From contig JANQHR010000060.1 of the NCBI GenBank assembly GCA_028282585.1, positions 1-52,731 on the forward strand: 52,731 nucleotides of DNA, given 5' to 3'. Positions 41,225 to 50,833 of this stretch are shown here, in pieces; positions within the stretch are counted from its first letter, which is position 1; the number at the start of each line of letters is the position of its first letter. A program made the position numbers and the translations under genes. This stretch comes from Bacteroidales bacterium (GTDB lineage Bacteria; Bacteroidota; Bacteroidia; Bacteroidales; UBA12077). The notes under the pieces are model-generated. The model was not told where the DNA came from. It did no database searches and was given only the letters and a program-made list of their open reading frames with translations.

Positions 41225-42763
41225 ATGTTAGTTAAAACCTATGGAAGTGCCGTTCAGGGCATTAATGCAACAACTATAACTATTGAAGTAAGTGTATCAC
41301 AAGGGATAAACTTTTATTTGGTAGGATTACCGGATAGTGCAGTGAAAGAAAGTCAGCAACGTATTGATTCAGCTCTGCGTACAAATGGTCATAAAGTACC
41401 AGGTAAGAAGATTGTAATTAATATGGCTCCAGCTGATATTCGAAAAGAAGGTTCGGCATATGATTTACCTCTGGCAATAGGAATTCTGGCGGCATCGGAA
41501 CAGATTAAACCGGATGAAGTAGATAAATATGTAATTATGGGTGAACTTTCATTGGATGGAGGATTACAAAAGGTGAAAGGTGTTTTACCTATAGCAATTC
41601 AGGCGCGCAAAGAAGGTTTTAAAGGATTTATTTTACCAAAAGAGAATGCACGAGAAGCAGCAGTAGTTGATGATCTGGAAATATACGGTGTAGAAAATAT
41701 AAAGGAAGTAATAGATTTTTTCAACGAAGAAAAAAAACTGGAACAAACCTTTGTTGATACTCGGGATGAATTTTTTGCTAATATAAATAACTACGATGCT
41801 GATTTTTCGGATGTAAAAGGACAGGAGAATGTTAAGCGTGCTTTAGAAATTGCGGCTGCCGGTGGACATAATATTGTAATGATTGGCCCTCCCGGAGCTG
41901 GAAAAACGATGCTGGCGAAAAGAATACCTACAATTATACCACCGCTAACGCTGCATGAGGCATTGGAAACAACCAAAATTCATTCTGTGGCTGGAAAAAT
42001 TGACGGCGATACTTCGTTAATGACTCGAAGGCCATATAGAAGTCCGCATCATACTATATCTGACGTTGCGTTAGTAGGAGGAGGTGGTTATCCTCAACCC
42101 GGTGAAATTTCCCTGGCCCACAACGGAGTTTTATTTCTGGATGAATTACCGGAATTTCAGCGCTCTGTTTTAGAAGTTATGCGACAACCTTTGGAAGACA
42201 GAGTTATTAGCATTAGCCGGGCAAAATTTACCGTTGAGTACCCTGCAAGTTTTATGTTAATATCTTCTATGAATCCTTGTCCATGCGGTTATTACAACCA
42301 TCCAGAAAAGGAATGTGTCTGCGCACCGGGAAATATTCAAAGGTATTTAAACAAAATATCAGGCCCGTTATTGGATCGAATAGACATTCACGTTGAAGTA
42401 GTTCCTGTTTCGTATGATGAGCTTTCCGAAGTGAAACTTGCAGAAAGTAGCGAAGAAGTTCGCAATAGAGTAATTGCTGCCCGTGAAAGGCAATCGGAAA
42501 GGTATGAAGAAAACAAGGAGATACATTGCAACGCTCAAATGACGTCTAAATTAATTCGGAAATATTGTGAAATTGATTCGGCAGGTAAGACTTTGCTTAA
42601 AAAAGCGATGGAAAAACTCGGATTATCGGCCCGAGCCTATGATCGTATTTTAAAAGTTGCAAGAACAATAGCAGATTTAGAAGGAAAAGAAAATATTCAA
42701 GCTTATCATTTGGCTGAAGCAATTCAATACCGAAGTTTAGATAGGAGTGGTTGGGGGAATTGA
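41225..42763 (+). CDS. YifB/ComM family Mg-chelatase-like AAA+ ATPase
   Basis: VGLPD, GPPGAGKT, PHHT, LDELPEF, NPCPCG and LSARAYDRILKVARTIADL motifs. Confidence 0.93.
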   Translation: MLVKTYGSAVQGINATTITIEVSVSQGINFYLVGLPDSAVKESQQRIDSALRTNGHKVPGKKIVINMAPADIRKEGSAYDLPLAIGILAASEQIKPDEVDKYVIMGELSLDGGLQKVKGVLPIAIQARKEGFKGFILPKENAREAAVVDDLEIYGVENIKEVIDFFNEEKKLEQTFVDTRDEFFANINNYDADFSDVKGQENVKRALEIAAAGGHNIVMIGPPGAGKTMLAKRIPTIIPPLTLHEALETTKIHSVAGKIDGDTSLMTRRPYRSPHHTISDVALVGGGGYPQPGEISLAHNGVLFLDELPEFQRSVLEVMRQPLEDRVISISRAKFTVEYPASFMLISSMNPCPCGYYNHPEKECVCAPGNIQRYLNKISGPLLDRIDIHVEVVPVSYDELSEVKLAESSEEVRNRVIAARERQSERYEENKEIHCNAQMTSKLIRKYCEIDSAGKTLLKKAMEKLGLSARAYDRILKVARTIADLEGKENIQAYHLAEAIQYRSLDRSGWGN

Positions 42764-42815
42764 TTTATATGAGTTGTCCTAAGTTAGGTTGACAAGTTTT
42801 CAATAAAATTAATTT

Positions 42816-42845
42816 AAACCAGTGAAGCATGCTTCACTGGTTTTT
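42816..42845. terminator. Bidirectional terminator (perfect 28-bp palindrome)
   Basis: AAACCAGTGAAGCATGCTTCACTGGTTT between convergent genes. Confidence 0.75.
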
Positions 42846-42885
42846 CAAGTATAAAGTTATGTGTTTTCATTTTTAAACTCAAATG

Positions 42886-44514
42886 TTAAAACCTCCAGCG
42901 CATTTTTACCCATAGTTCATCGCCTAGTTCCCACCAACGGTTTATGGACGAACGGGCATTATCATTTGTATAATCAGTTAGAAATTCTTTGCACAGTTGC
43001 GTTTCTTCACCTTCTTTCGCATTAGCTTGGTCTTGTTTGTATAGTTTCATTGCTCTTTCCTCAATGTATTCAACCTCATGAAATACTTTGTCTTCAAATT
43101 TCTCAACTTCAGGGTGAATTATATCTTTTGCCCTTCCCCAATTAACCATTGCCAGCCTGTTCGCCCTTCTGAATGCCCACATGGCCGATTCTCGGCTAAA
43201 ATGATCCTGCCCGCAGATATAATAGCTTTCAGGTAAACTTAAATTTCCACAGTAAATCGGCACCCTGGGGCTTAACTGCGGAACGTCCATGCTGAACCAA
43301 ATTTTCCCTCCGATTTCGTCTGGTAAATCATCACGTAATTGAGCAATCCATGAATATGCGCAATACTGAACGGAAATGGGCCTGTGCCTTTTAACAATGT
43401 CTTCTTTTATTCCATTCAACATTTTTCTTTTATCATATGACATCCAGGGATGCGCAGCAGGACTTATGATTGTATCAATTGTTTCAGTGCCATCCTCATT
43501 CTTCGTTTTCTTTACTACTTTAAGGTTTCGGATCATTTCATATTCTGTTCCGTCATATGTTGCTTTGTATAGTTCAACAACCTGGCGAATATTTACTTTT
43601 TTGTCTACTTTAACAGAGAATGGTAATTCTTCGCTTTCAAAATCAAGATTTAAGCTGGGAGCTAAGGTGTTAAATACATGAAATTCCCTAATTGTGAAAG
43701 GTTTCTTTCCGCTGTAAGCCTCCCAAAACTTGAACTTTTCTTTTCCATCCCAATATCCCATTTTTTTGGCTACTTCATAAATATTATCGGAAGCCATAAA
43801 GTTATCGGTATCTTTAAGGTTGATTTCTGCGATACGTGCTATGTTAGCCGAAACACCCACATGATCGTCAGGAATACGTTGTGCTGCCCATACGCCACCA
43901 ATTTTATCCGGTCCTTCTCCAAGAATTTCCATTTGCCATACTTCTTTAGGGTCGGCAATGGTTATGCATTCACCGGAATCACCATAACCATATTCTTTAA
44001 TTAATTCTCCAATTAGTTTGATTGCTTGGCGCGCAGTTGTACATCTTTGTAGTGCGATACGTTGCAGTTCTTCAATAAGAAATAAACCATTTTCGTTTTT
44101 TAGTTCTTTCTTACCACCAAAAGTTGTTTCTCCAATGGCAAGTTGTTTTTCGTTTAAACACGGGTAAGCTGTATTTAAGTATGCATAGGTTTCTTTTACC
44201 TGAGGAATCTCACCTTTAAGTTCCATTCCATTTTTACTCCAGCGCGTATGGGTATGCATGGTACCCCAATATACTTTGTGCGTAGTATCACGTTCGAATT
44301 TTTGTGCAGGCACAAATTCAAGCCAGGTACGGTAATAAGCATCACAAGTGTGGGCTGTAATTACCGAGCCGTCATCTGTGGCATCTTTACCCAGCATAAT
44401 GCTGGTACAACTGTGGTTGTTAGTTAATTCTTCATCTATTTCCTGTGCAAATGGAGATGACGCGATAAGTATTAAAACTGTTAAAAAAAGAAAGGCTTGC
44501 TTAGATAATTTCAT
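42886..44514 (-). CDS. C69 family dipeptidase (exported Ntn hydrolase)
   Basis: Signal peptide, SCTS nucleophile, LNEKQLAIGETT, ALQRCTTAR and WAAQRIPDDHV motifs. Confidence 0.9.
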   Translation of the reverse strand: MKLSKQAFLFLTVLILIASSPFAQEIDEELTNNHSCTSIMLGKDATDDGSVITAHTCDAYYRTWLEFVPAQKFERDTTHKVYWGTMHTHTRWSKNGMELKGEIPQVKETYAYLNTAYPCLNEKQLAIGETTFGGKKELKNENGLFLIEELQRIALQRCTTARQAIKLIGELIKEYGYGDSGECITIADPKEVWQMEILGEGPDKIGGVWAAQRIPDDHVGVSANIARIAEINLKDTDNFMASDNIYEVAKKMGYWDGKEKFKFWEAYSGKKPFTIREFHVFNTLAPSLNLDFESEELPFSVKVDKKVNIRQVVELYKATYDGTEYEMIRNLKVVKKTKNEDGTETIDTIISPAAHPWMSYDKRKMLNGIKEDIVKRHRPISVQYCAYSWIAQLRDDLPDEIGGKIWFSMDVPQLSPRVPIYCGNLSLPESYYICGQDHFSRESAMWAFRRANRLAMVNWGRAKDIIHPEVEKFEDKVFHEVEYIEERAMKLYKQDQANAKEGEETQLCKEFLTDYTNDNARSSINRWWELGDELWVKMRWRF

Positions 44515-44663
44515 GGTTATTTATTTTAGTTGAATATCAAAAATAAAATAAGTATTAGAAAAATAAAATGAGGATTGATTTAATACTGCGAGAATAGTTA
44601 TAAATTATAGAAAATAGAAACCTATCCACCTACTAACATCAACTAATTAAGGTTTTATTTTTC

Positions 44664-44757
44664 ACCTTCCGGCCTTCACCCACTGATACCGACCTGTATG
44701 TTCTCCTTGGAGGGGTCTACGTGACGGCTAGACAGGGATACTCATAGGGCAGAGGGT
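44664..44757. ncRNA. Candidate structured non-coding RNA, family not recognised
   Basis: 94 nt at ~56% GC inside an AT-rich intergenic region; nested complementary segments; no useful ORF. Confidence 0.4.
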
Positions 44758-44956
44758 AATTATTTCTTAACTAACTGAAATTAAAATAGTAAGAAAAAAA
44801 TCCATGCAAGGTTTGAGAATAACATGGCTTTTTAAATTTATCAATTAAATTACCAAAATTAAAAAAATATCAAATAGTTAAGTTTTTGATTATTATGATG
44901 AATTTCTCTGAAAATAATTATCTTTAGTTCAGAAATTAAACGAACCATTATTAACC

Positions 44957-45868
44957 ATGAAAACAGTTCTAACGTCTGTATTGCTTTTAATAAGCATTGT
45001 AATGTTTGCGCAAGACCGTTTTGATATTTTTTACATAAGCGGTAATTATAATTTTATTGGAACTACTGATGCCAATCCTGATGAAAATTTTGACACTTAC
45101 TTAATGTCTAACTTAAGTGTACCGATCGTTTTAAAGGACTCATCCGTTTGGTTTAACAGTGTTGATTATCAATATTTTTTAACGAAGAATGAATATTTGA
45201 CGTCAACAATTAATCCGGTTGATCAATTTAATCTGCATGGAATATTGTTGCGAACAGGTTATGTACATCGTTTTGATTCAAAAAGATCATTACAAATACT
45301 ATTTGTACCAAGGTATATGACCGATTTTAAGGCAGACTTTTCGAATTCATTTCAATTGGGTGGTATATTAATGTACGAGAAAGTTAAGAACGAAGATTAT
45401 ACATGGAAAGTTGGAGTAATTTACAATAATGAGTTCTTTGGAACTTATATAGTACCGGTTTTTTATCTCGATTGGAACATGACTTCAAAAATAAAAGTAA
45501 AGGGTTTGATTCCGGTTTATGGCAAATTATATATGCAACCAACTGAAAAAGTAGATGTTGGATTACATTTTATTGGATTAACCACATCGTACCGAATCTA
45601 CGAACCAGGCTATGAAAACACCTACGTTGAACGCAAAACAATTGATGTTTCTGCTTTTGGTAATTTTCATTTGTTCGATAATATATTTATGGAAGCACGT
45701 TTAGGGTATTCCATTTCAAGAGATTATGGTTTATACGCAAAGGATGATAAAGTTGATCTTGGACTGCCGTTAGTAAATTTTGGTGATGACAGAATTCGAC
45801 TTAATGAAGAATTTGATGGAGGTGCTTTCGTTCATTTACGTTTAATTTATAGTATTCCTGTTGATTAA
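44957..45868 (+). CDS. Outer-membrane beta-barrel protein (DUF6268-like)
   Basis: Signal peptide, alternating aromatic beta strands and G-x-IP motif. Confidence 0.65.
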   Translation: MKTVLTSVLLLISIVMFAQDRFDIFYISGNYNFIGTTDANPDENFDTYLMSNLSVPIVLKDSSVWFNSVDYQYFLTKNEYLTSTINPVDQFNLHGILLRTGYVHRFDSKRSLQILFVPRYMTDFKADFSNSFQLGGILMYEKVKNEDYTWKVGVIYNNEFFGTYIVPVFYLDWNMTSKIKVKGLIPVYGKLYMQPTEKVDVGLHFIGLTTSYRIYEPGYENTYVERKTIDVSAFGNFHLFDNIFMEARLGYSISRDYGLYAKDDKVDLGLPLVNFGDDRIRLNEEFDGGAFVHLRLIYSIPVD

Positions 45869-45975
45869 AACTTCAAATAACAACTAAATCTTAATCTTCA
45901 ATTATCAAAAAATCCAATTATCTTAAATTCAGATTTTAATATTTAATTGCATTTTGGGATTTGTAATTTGAAAAT
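45868..45975. repeat. Oppositely oriented degenerate 7-nt arrays between convergent genes
   Basis: Left aaacttc/aaataac/aaatctt/aatcttc/aattatc; right ttgcatt/ttgggat/ttgtaat/ttgaaaa. Confidence 0.4.
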
Positions 45976-47991
45976 TTATCCTTTCTGTTCGTTTTTCTTT
46001 AATAGCTCCTCGTATTGCTCACGAATTGTTTCCATTTCTTCCATATTTTGTCTCATTTCTTCCTCTTTTTCTTTCATTTCTTGAGTTTGTTCCCTGAATT
46101 TTGTAATTAATTCAGCATTGTTTTCGTTCATACGAACTGTATTCAGGTTGTTTGCTACATTAAATGCAATTCGTTCGATGAAATCAATTTCAAGCTTTTT
46201 GAATTTATGGAAACCGGCAATTTCAATAATACCAAAGACTTTTTCATCAATACTTAAAGGAACTACAAGTAAAGCTTCCGGTCTTGCTTTCCCTAATCCC
46301 GATTCAATTTTGATATAATTTTCAGGAACATCATTTATAACCATTAAACGGTTCTCGGTAAATGCAACACCTAACATTCCTGTTGTAACATGTATCTGGG
46401 CTTTATCTTTTCTGATGTTGTTACTACATCCGTAATCAGCTATCAGTTCCAAGTACTTTTCGTCTGTATCTGATTCGCTGCTTAGCATATATAAAACTCC
46501 AAATGTGGCATTTACATATTTTACTAACTCCGAAAGAACTTTTGTACTTAATTGTTTAAAATCGTTTTTATTATCAGCCAGAATATCATTGATAATAGCC
46601 ATTCCATTGCTAATCCAGCTTTGTTCTTTTTCTTTTTCCTGCAGAACAATTAATTCATCACGTTGTTGCTGTAATTCCTGGGTTCTTTCTAATATTCGTT
46701 TTTCAAGATTTTCTTTTTCAAGTGTAAGCTCTTCACTTAAATCTTCATTTTCATTTATTGCTCTGGCCGATTTAAATGTTATGGTTATTGATTGAATTAA
46801 CATAAATGTAACCAACCCATAAGGTGCCACATAAGCACTTTGAACTACGCCCATACTGCTCAATACATCATTAATGGCGGTAGAGTATAAAATAAACATT
46901 CCAAGGAATGTAAAAAAAGCTGTATCACGTCGACGAATAGTAGCTCTTAAGAGAACTCCGAAGGTCAGATATAATCCGAAAATTAAAATATAAAGCTCAT
47001 AGAACATTCTGAATTTGCCATAAAAGTAAGCAGGTGTTGTGAAAACTAATAAAGTAATAACCGCACCAATTATCAGAATTAAGTTCTTTATTAGTTTGGG
47101 AAAATCAGATTTATATAAACTGTATATGAACAATGCAAATAAAGGAATTGTTCCAAACCCGGAGAAATTATCAAGTTTAACTAAAAGCTCCCAATTAATA
47201 TTTGGAAATGTATAGGTTAGAATTCGATCTCCGGTACTGATATTTCTAAGAATCATAACCAAGCAAACGATACTGAAATAAAGGTTAGAAACGTCTTTTT
47301 TTCTAAACAAATACATGTTCAGGTGGTTTATTCCAATAACCAGTATAATTCCAATAATAATCAAATTAAGGATATCCGTCCATCGTGTTTCTGCCCTAAG
47401 TTTATCAAAAGTGCTAAAGAAAATAGGTTTTTGTAAACCGGCTCTTCTATGTGAAAAATTTGAAACCTGAATGATAATTTCAATATTCTCAGTGTTGGTT
47501 TTGTTGGGATCTAATACAAACGGAATGTCCTGATATTTAAATTTTGCTTTTGAAAACGCATCGGTCATTCCAACTTTACCAACTTCAGTAAGTAAATTAC
47601 CATTTACCCACAATTTATAATTTGAAAATACCGATGAAATTTTTAATCCGTATATAGTTTGAGTAGAATCAGGTTTTTTGTTTATTACCAAACGGTAGGT
47701 TGCATATCCCTTACTAGGTAATTTTTCCGTATCATTAATATATGCAGACCATGATTTCGGAACCTTTTCGAACCTTGGTTGCAGGTTATTATTTTGAAAA
47801 TCGTTAGGATTTAATAATTGATTCCAGTAAAATTCCCAATTACCCTGAAGTTTAACGCTTTTAAGTTTATCTATTTCTACATATTTTAAATCAAGAACAC
47901 CTTCCTTAACAAAAATATCATTTGCGGTAACCGAATCAGATAAGCTAAAAAACAAGAAAATAATAGATGGTAATAATACACGAATTTTCAT
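45976..47991 (-). CDS. 7TM-DISM sensor with cytoplasmic GAF and coiled-coil domains
   Basis: LQGNWEFYW and GYATYRL extracellular domain, seven TM segments, GAF (LLVVPL...FGIIEIA) and EEEMRQNMEE coil; alternative start at 48006. Confidence 0.8.
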   Translation of the reverse strand: MKIRVLLPSIIFLFFSLSDSVTANDIFVKEGVLDLKYVEIDKLKSVKLQGNWEFYWNQLLNPNDFQNNNLQPRFEKVPKSWSAYINDTEKLPSKGYATYRLVINKKPDSTQTIYGLKISSVFSNYKLWVNGNLLTEVGKVGMTDAFSKAKFKYQDIPFVLDPNKTNTENIEIIIQVSNFSHRRAGLQKPIFFSTFDKLRAETRWTDILNLIIIGIILVIGINHLNMYLFRKKDVSNLYFSIVCLVMILRNISTGDRILTYTFPNINWELLVKLDNFSGFGTIPLFALFIYSLYKSDFPKLIKNLILIIGAVITLLVFTTPAYFYGKFRMFYELYILIFGLYLTFGVLLRATIRRRDTAFFTFLGMFILYSTAINDVLSSMGVVQSAYVAPYGLVTFMLIQSITITFKSARAINENEDLSEELTLEKENLEKRILERTQELQQQRDELIVLQEKEKEQSWISNGMAIINDILADNKNDFKQLSTKVLSELVKYVNATFGVLYMLSSESDTDEKYLELIADYGCSNNIRKDKAQIHVTTGMLGVAFTENRLMVINDVPENYIKIESGLGKARPEALLVVPLSIDEKVFGIIEIAGFHKFKKLEIDFIERIAFNVANNLNTVRMNENNAELITKFREQTQEMKEKEEEMRQNMEEMETIREQYEELLKKNEQKG

Positions 47992-48367
47992 AATACAGGT
48001 TTTCAAAAGATCATCTAAAGCTAAATTATTTTTATGTAAATCTCGAATGAATGATTAAGAAATCTCGTTATAAAAAAATTAAGGGAATGTTAAAAATGAA
48101 TTTATTTTTTGAAGAAAATGAGTGCTTTCGATTAAAAAACTTTTCCACCAATTAACAAAATTAATAAACATTTCAATACGATTTTCAAAAAAGTTTACAA
48201 ACCGAACAATTATTTCTAAAATATGTTGTACAACAGAATTTTATAATTATTTTTGAAGCCATTTTGAGAAAAATTAATAATTAAAGCACTCTATTTTAGG
48301 ATTTAATACTCAATTTCAGAAAAGAAAACAAGATCAATAATAAAAATTAACTTAAAACAATTAAAAA

Positions 48368-50659
48368 ATGGACACTATTTTTTGGTTAATCCCTATCGCA
48401 TCAATTCTTGCACTGGTTTTTGCATGGTTTTTTTTCAAAAGCATGATGAAAAATTCAGAAGGAACTGATAAAATGAAAGAAATTGCCCAGTACGTTCGCG
48501 ATGGTGCTATGGCTTATTTGAAAAGACAGTACAGAGTAGTAACAATCGTGTTTATCGTGTTGTTTTTATTTTTACTAATTCTTGCTTATTTTGGAGTACA
48601 AAATCCTTTTGTGCCTGTAGCATTTTTAACCGGGGGTTTCTTTTCTGGTTTATGTGGTTTTCTTGGAATGAAGACTGCAACATTTGCTTCGGCTAGAACT
48701 GCGCATGGAGCTTCACAATCATTAAACAAAGGTTTAAAAATTGCTTTCCGTAGTGGAGCTGTTATGGGATTGGTTGTTGTTGGGTTTGCTTTATTAGATA
48801 TTGCTATATGGTATGCAGTTTTAAATAAATTCGTTTACACTGCTGAACATATGCAAAATGGATTGCATATGTTTGGTTTAACATTTGTTCATCCCGGGAC
48901 TACAGAGCATGCTAAATTAATTGAAATTACAGTTACTATGTTAACATTTGGTATGGGTGCATCTACTCAGGCATTATTTGCTCGTGTTGGTGGAGGTATT
49001 TATACAAAAGCTGCTGACGTTGGTGCTGACTTGGTAGGAAAGGTTGAAGCTGGAATTCCAGAGGATGATCCACGTAATCCAGCAACAATTGCTGATAACG
49101 TTGGTGATAACGTTGGTGATGTTGCCGGTATGGGTGCTGATTTGTATGAATCGTACGCAGGTTCGATTTTGGCGACTGCTGCATTAGGAGCTGCCCTTCC
49201 TTGGATTGCAGGAACAGATGCAACAAAAGCGGTTATTGCTCCGATGATTGTTGCTGCAATAGGTATTATATTATCAATTCTGGGAATTTTTATGGTTCGT
49301 ACCAAAGAATCCGCAACCCAAAAGAACTTATTAAATGCATTGTTATTGGGAACAGGAGGAAGCTCTTTACTTATTTTAATTGCTGTTGCTGTTATGGCTA
49401 ACTTTGGATGGATTAGCTGGGGAATTTTTGGATCTGTAGTAACTGGTTTAGTTGCGGGTGTTATTATTGGGCAAGGAACAGAATACTTTACTTCTGATGA
49501 ATATAAACCAACTAAAGGTATTGCTGGGCAAGCACAACAAGGCCCTGCAACAACGATCATTGATGGTATTGCTGTTGGTATGTACTCAACATGGATTCCT
49601 GTTGTAACAATTGTATTAGGAATTATTGGAGCATTTGGTTTTGCAGGTGGATTTAACAATTTTGCACTGGGTGTGTACGGTATTGGATTTGCTGCTGTAG
49701 GTATGCTTTCAACTCTAGGAATTACTTTAGCAACAGATGCTTTCGGTCCTATTGCTGATAATGCGGGTGGTAATGCTGAAATGTCAGAATTACCCAAAGA
49801 AGTACGTGAACGCACGGATGCTTTGGATATGTTAGGAAATACGACTGCAGCTACAGGTAAAGGTTTTGCAATCGGTTCTGCAGCATTAACAGCAATGGCA
49901 TTACTTGCTGCCTACATGGAAGAAGTAAGGTTATGGTTGGGAAAACTTGCTGCTTCAAGTGCAGAAGGATTCAAACAAGTTGGAGATACCTTATTCTATA
50001 ATGACCAGGCTCCTGCTGTAGTTGAGCAAGGACAAAAGGCTGTAGAATTAACTTCTGCAACAATCAAAGATTTTGTATATGCTTACGATCTATCAATATT
50101 CAATCCAATGTTATTAGCCGGATTATTCTTAGGTGCAATGATGGCATTTGTATTTAGTGCAATGACGATGAAAGCTGTCGGACGTGCTGCCGGTGCTATG
50201 GTTGAAGAGGTTCGTCGTCAATTTAAATCAATACCTGGTATTCTGGAAGGAACAGGAAAACCCGAATATGCAAAATGTGTTGAAATTTCGACCAGGGGTG
50301 CACAAAAAGAAATGTTAGTTCCTTCATTACTTGCAATTGCTGTGCCAATAATTGTCGGTGTACTGTTAGGTGTTGCCGGAGTAGTTGGACTATTAGCAGG
50401 CGGGCTTGTTACCGGATTTACATTAGCAGGCATGTTAAATAACTCCGGAGGGGCATGGGACAATGCTAAAAAATATATTGAAAAAGGAAATTTTGGCGGA
50501 AAAGGTAGTGAAGCGCATAAAGCTGGTGTAGTTGGTGATACGGTTGGAGATCCATTCAAAGATACTTCAGGTCCATCATTAAATATTCTTATCAAATTAA
50601 TGACAATGGTATCGGTTGTAATGTCTGGTCTAACAGTTGCTTTAGGATTCTTTGCTTAG
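48368..50659 (+). CDS. hppA: K+-stimulated membrane-integral (Na+/H+-translocating) pyrophosphatase
   Basis: DVGADLVGKVE, DNVGDNVGD, GNTTAA (Ala = K+-dependent) and GDTVGDPFKD motifs. Confidence 0.95.
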   Translation: MDTIFWLIPIASILALVFAWFFFKSMMKNSEGTDKMKEIAQYVRDGAMAYLKRQYRVVTIVFIVLFLFLLILAYFGVQNPFVPVAFLTGGFFSGLCGFLGMKTATFASARTAHGASQSLNKGLKIAFRSGAVMGLVVVGFALLDIAIWYAVLNKFVYTAEHMQNGLHMFGLTFVHPGTTEHAKLIEITVTMLTFGMGASTQALFARVGGGIYTKAADVGADLVGKVEAGIPEDDPRNPATIADNVGDNVGDVAGMGADLYESYAGSILATAALGAALPWIAGTDATKAVIAPMIVAAIGIILSILGIFMVRTKESATQKNLLNALLLGTGGSSLLILIAVAVMANFGWISWGIFGSVVTGLVAGVIIGQGTEYFTSDEYKPTKGIAGQAQQGPATTIIDGIAVGMYSTWIPVVTIVLGIIGAFGFAGGFNNFALGVYGIGFAAVGMLSTLGITLATDAFGPIADNAGGNAEMSELPKEVRERTDALDMLGNTTAATGKGFAIGSAALTAMALLAAYMEEVRLWLGKLAASSAEGFKQVGDTLFYNDQAPAVVEQGQKAVELTSATIKDFVYAYDLSIFNPMLLAGLFLGAMMAFVFSAMTMKAVGRAAGAMVEEVRRQFKSIPGILEGTGKPEYAKCVEISTRGAQKEMLVPSLLAIAVPIIVGVLLGVAGVVGLLAGGLVTGFTLAGMLNNSGGAWDNAKKYIEKGNFGGKGSEAHKAGVVGDTVGDPFKDTSGPSLNILIKLMTMVSVVMSGLTVALGFFA

Positions 50660-50684
50660 CAGATTAAATAATTTAATTACTTAT

Positions 50685-50712
50685 AAGCTGGTCAGTTTGG
50701 CCGGCTTTTTTT
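50685..50712 (+). terminator. Intrinsic terminator after hppA
   Basis: AAGCTGGTCA-GTT-TGGCCGGCTT hairpin plus T tract. Confidence 0.75.
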
Positions 50713-50833
50713 GTCTTAACATTATTTTAAAGTTCGTTTAATAATTTATATATTTGGTCGTCAAGTAAATTACAAACCAGCCTATCATATGCCTTTTGGC
50801 TGAAAGAACAGACGGGCTTTAAAAGATCTAATC

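Noticed and set aside
42816-42843. Perfect 28-bp palindrome as a mobile-element end or REP
   Set aside because: Single copy, between convergent genes, with A/T tails; adequately explained as a bidirectional terminator.
44664-44757. Assignment of the structured element as SRP RNA, 6S RNA or a group II intron domain V
   Set aside because: It lacks the SRP GGAA-loop/AGCAG helix, a symmetric 6S central bubble and a convincing domain V hairpin; left unassigned.
49000-49815. 271-aa antisense ORF within the pyrophosphatase gene
   Set aside because: Shadow frame of a highly conserved, codon-biased gene; no recognisable motifs. The same applies to the other short antisense ORFs in the track.
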